Part shown: piece by piece, positions 60,542 through 64,000 of the stretch
Layout of the letters: every line of letters begins with the position of its first letter
Numbering within the stretch: position 1 is the first letter of the stretch
Source: Endomicrobiales bacterium
GTDB taxonomy: Bacteria; Elusimicrobiota; Endomicrobiia; Endomicrobiales; CAWCFT01
Assembly: GCA_963794945.1 (NCBI GenBank)
Contig: CAWCFT010000001.1
Coordinates: 128,001 to 192,000 of the forward strand
Direction: 5' to 3'
DNA length: 64,000 bases
Position numbers and translations under genes: made by a program
Notes under the pieces: model-generated
What the model was told of the DNA's origin: nothing
The model's input: only the letters and a program-made list of their open reading frames with translations
The model's database searches: none

Positions 60542-60837
60542 TTCTTTTCTTTCTCCATTTTTATAGCACCAAATTTACATTCAACAGAACATATTCCGCA
60601 GCCTTTACAGAAGCGCAGGTCAACTCTTACTTTCCTGCCGTCTTTTTCAATGCTCGCATCCGGGCAAAACAGATAGCATCTCATGCAGCCTTTGCAAAGA
60701 TCGCTATCCAGCACCGGCCTCTCGGTTCTCCAGCCTGAACTATCCGAAACCAGATAACCCGACTGAACCACTATCCCTTTCGGATAATCTGACACAGCTG
60801 AATGCGGTTTATGTTTTCTTATTTCAGGCTTTGCCAT
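60538..60837 (-). CDS. porD: 2-oxoacid:ferredoxin oxidoreductase delta subunit
   Basis: WR..RP, CKGCMRC...CPD, CKGCGIC..EC. Confidence 0.9.
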   Translation of the reverse strand: MAKPEIRKHKPHSAVSDYPKGIVVQSGYLVSDSSGWRTERPVLDSDLCKGCMRCYLFCPDASIEKDGRKVRVDLRFCKGCGICSVECKFGAIKMEKEKK

Positions 60838-61365
60838 TTTTAAAAACGCTCCACGAGTATTTCAGCAGTTCAACATTTTTTCCCGCCTGTTTGATCCCAG
60901 AATCTTCTAAAATTGCCTTTGCCGCGCTATCTATGTCGACAATACCAGAAACGGCGATCAAAGCGCCAAGCAAAGCGGTGTTAACAATAGGTTTTCCAAA
61001 GAATTTAACACCGGCTTCGACCCCGTTAAAACTTATAACCCTGACCTCATCGCTTAGAACCGGGAACAGATCAAGCTCAGTGTTGACAATAAGAATGCCG
61101 CCTGGTTTTAACCCTCTTGCTACATTTTCATCCAGAATAGAATCGTCCAACACTACCACGTATTCACAGGATTTAATTTCACTGCGGTCTGTAACGGGTT
61201 GATTGTCGATGCGGGTAAAACCGACCATGGGCGCGCCCCTTCTTTCAGGTCCGAATGACGGGAAGGCAAGCGCGTGAAGGCCTTCGCGCACCGCGCCGCC
61301 CCCAATATCCTTGCGGCAGTAAAACATCCCTGCCCCCCTCTGCCGTGCCATCTGACCGAGATCAT
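60824..61365 (-). CDS. porC: 2-oxoacid:ferredoxin oxidoreductase gamma subunit, frameshift near 61295
   Basis: HGRGGQG, FP.FGPERRGAP, NT..LGA. Confidence 0.92.
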
Positions 61366-62519
61366 ATTTTTGCCTTTAATTTCAAAAGTTTTATGCCCGC
61401 CAGGTCGAGCGTCTCAAGTTTTTTCGCAAAATGGAACCTTACAAGATTTTTAACTGGCTCTTTAAAGAAGCTTGAGCCGGGTACACCTGCAACACCTATT
61501 TCCTTAACAAGCCACTCAGCGAACTTTACATCATCGTTCCAGCCCAGTGGGTTTATATCAACAAGAACATAGTAAGCTCCCTGAGGTTCGGTATATTTCA
61601 ACCCTGTTCCATCAAGATACCACAGGAACCTTTTCTTGAGGTTTGTATACTTCTCCCTTAATTCCTCATAATATGAAGCCGGCAGCTCAAGCCCTGGAAC
61701 AACAGCCTCCTGCAATGGCGCCGCGCTTCCACGGTTAAAAAATCGTGTACCTTTTTGGCGCCGTCAATTATTTCTTTTGGCGCTATGATATAACCCAAAC
61801 GCCAGCCGGTTATCGCGTAAGTTTTTGAAAGAGAACTACAGGAAATAGTTCTTTTGAACATATCAGGCAATGTTGAAATGTAATGGTGCCTGTGCCGGCT
61901 CGTAGATAATATGTTCATAAACTTCGTCGGTTATTACGAACGCGTCATACTCTTTGGCAAGGCCGGCGATAAATTCCAGTTCTTCTTTTGTAAACACCTT
62001 GCCTGTCGGGTTTGAAGGGTTGCACAGAATAAGGGCTTTGACACCCTGTTTGAAAGCCTGCCTCAACTCCTCTTTATCAAAACCAAAATTTGGCGGATAC
62101 AAAGGAACATAAACCGGTTCGGCCCCTGATAAGATAGCGTCCGCGGCATAGTTCTCGTAAAATGGCGAGAACACTATAACTTTATCTCCGGGGTTGCAGG
62201 CCGTCATCATCGCGGCCATCATGGCTTCCGTGCTGCCGCAGGTTACGACTATGTTTTCATCAGGGTCAATTTCGAGCCCCGTAAACTTATAATGTTTTTT
62301 AGCCAGCGCCTTTCTAAAATTCTCGGCGCCCCAGGTAACGGCATACTGATGAGGCCCTTTTCTTGCGCCTTTCCCCAGAGCCCGAACGATTACCTGCGGA
62401 GGATCAAAATCAGGGAATCCCTGTGAAAGATTTATAGCTCCATACCTGTTTGAGAGGCGCGTCATTGACCTTATCACTGATTCTGTAAATCCCTGGAGCC
62501 TCCTGCTTGTATTCGGCAT
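61362..62519 (-). CDS. Class I/II aminotransferase (YbdL/MtnE-like), two frameshifts
   Basis: AINLSQGFPDF, NPSNPTG, DEVYEH, SLSKT...TGWRLG, RFHFAK. Confidence 0.9.
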
Positions 62520-62523
62520 ATTC

Positions 62524-63855
62524 CTATATCCCTCCGCCTAAATTATCCCTTGTATCGATCACTCGTTTCGCCTTGTGCGTCGCGCGGGGAATTTCACCGG
62601 AGTTAAGAATTTTGACTTCCTTGGGCCTTACACCAAGCCGGACCTTCACTTTTTGCAGGACTTCCTGCGCGAGCGATTCATCGGTTATTGAAGTACCAGG
62701 AGTACGTTCCACTTCAATATCAAATTTCGTAAGCCTGTCTTCCGTATATATGCGTATGCGGTATTCTCCGGTAAGCCCCTGAATCCCGCGGACAATGAAT
62801 TCAATATCGCTTGGGAACACATTGACGCCTGAAACGATGAACATATCGTCGATCCTTCCAATAACTTTGATGCGCACATGCGTCCTTCCGCACGCGCAGG
62901 GTGAACGATCAGCGGTTATAATGTCTCCTGTGCGAAAACGTATAAGGGGCCTGGCTTTCTTTCTTTGCGTGGTCAGTACCATTTCTCCTGGAGAGCCATC
63001 TTTAACTGGTTCCCCTGTTTTTATGTCCAACACCTCAAGATAAATATGGTCTTCCAAAAGATGCAGCCCGTCTTTTTGCGGGCACATACCGGCGCAAGCT
63101 CCAAATATATCCGAAATACCGTAAAAATCATACAGCTCGGCGTTCCAAAGCTCTTCAATAGCTTTTCTTGTTGCTGGAATAGAGCCGCCTGGCTCACCGG
63201 CAACTATTATACGGCGTATAGCAAGATCTTTTGCAGGGTCTATCCCGCTGTTGCGGGCAGTTTCACCCAGGTACCAGGCGTATGAAGGCGTGGTCCAAGT
63301 TACAGTCGGCTTGAATTCTTTCAATATATGAAGCAGCCTGTCGGACGGAATGCTGCCAGCCCACAGACACAAAGCTCCGAGATTTTGCGCCCCTATGACA
63401 TCCGGCCCGCCGACAAAAAGCGTGAAATTGAGCGCGTGCACATAACGATCGTGCGGCCTGACACCCGCGGCCCAGAAAAGGCGCGACTGGGCGTCCTGGA
63501 ACTCATCAAAATCCTGTTTAGTGAATGGACTTAAGGTCGGCACACCTGTGGAACCGCTTGAAGCCGATACGAACACAACATCACGCTCGGGAACAGCTGT
63601 CAGATCACCTAAGATAGGATGGGCTATTTGCCTGTCGCGTTCTATCTTTTTATTCGTAAAAGGAAGTTTTCGCAGGTCGCTTAGTTTCTTGAAGTCTCCC
63701 GGTTCGAATCCGATGTCTTTAAAAGTGCTTTTGTAGTACGGCGAATTCTCATAAGCGAATGTTATGTGTTCCTTTAATTGCTTAAGCTGAAGCTCCTCAA
63801 GCTTTTTCACCGGCAGTGTTTCAATTTCTTCGTTCCAAAACTTTTTTTCACTCAT
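62524..63855 (-). CDS. Phenylacetate-CoA ligase-like acyl-CoA ligase
   Basis: SSGSTG.P, TPSY, AGEPGG, R.RTGD, GR.DDM...GVNVFP. Confidence 0.92.
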   Translation of the reverse strand: MSEKKFWNEEIETLPVKKLEELQLKQLKEHITFAYENSPYYKSTFKDIGFEPGDFKKLSDLRKLPFTNKKIERDRQIAHPILGDLTAVPERDVVFVSASSGSTGVPTLSPFTKQDFDEFQDAQSRLFWAAGVRPHDRYVHALNFTLFVGGPDVIGAQNLGALCLWAGSIPSDRLLHILKEFKPTVTWTTPSYAWYLGETARNSGIDPAKDLAIRRIIVAGEPGGSIPATRKAIEELWNAELYDFYGISDIFGACAGMCPQKDGLHLLEDHIYLEVLDIKTGEPVKDGSPGEMVLTTQRKKARPLIRFRTGDIITADRSPCACGRTHVRIKVIGRIDDMFIVSGVNVFPSDIEFIVRGIQGLTGEYRIRIYTEDRLTKFDIEVERTPGTSITDESLAQEVLQKVKVRLGVRPKEVKILNSGEIPRATHKAKRVIDTRDNLGGGI

Positions 63856-64000
63856 CTTATTCCTCTCTTATTTAAGCTTTATCCGCTTTTTTAGCGCTAT
63901 AATCGCCTAATGTCTGAATTATCTGTACCAGTATTATCAATACTATGACCGTTGCGGACATCACATCCATCTGGTAACGATAATATCCATATCGAATGGC

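Noticed and set aside
19237..62519. Mass pseudogenisation or programmed frameshifting (cstA, thiM, ccdA, porA, porC, aminotransferase, radical SAM)
   Set aside because: One- or two-base indels, mostly in homopolymers, GCG runs or CAGAC, with otherwise intact motifs, fit long-read consensus error.
1..64000. tRNA, rRNA, prophage or cas genes
   Set aside because: None recognised on either strand by eye.

Overview
Bacterial chromosomal window with almost all genes on the minus strand. The gene content (PorV-like barrel with LysM, PilZ and ferredoxin-dependent enzymes) suggests an anaerobic diderm, possibly Elusimicrobiota; this is inference only. 0-9 kb: accessory genes and several REP-like palindrome families. 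9.3-18.5 kb: a mobile/defence island with two of three near-identical IS110-family (IS1111-type) elements, an AT-rich SIR2-like gene, a nuclease-DGQHR-HEPN gene, a KilA-N pseudogene and a RAYT with its REPs. 18.5-43.6 kb: signalling, stress, redox and envelope genes, interspersed with a family of promoter/~110-125 nt/terminator units. 45-64 kb: nadA, a TPP-riboswitch thiM-thiE unit, metXW, and a large sulfur/methionine cluster (paaK-like, YbdL-like aminotransferase, porCDAB, metQ, ssuABC, CBS, CGL, Rrf2). Best leads: (1) the IS bridge/seek RNA guides can be read directly and match the three insertion sites; (2) a candidate two-gene defence system at the centre of converging GCCTGACAYC sites; (3) a sibling small-RNA family; (4) a possible methylthiopropionate-methionine pathway. 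Many frameshifts look like long-read consensus errors. All calls come from reading motifs by eye; no searches were run.
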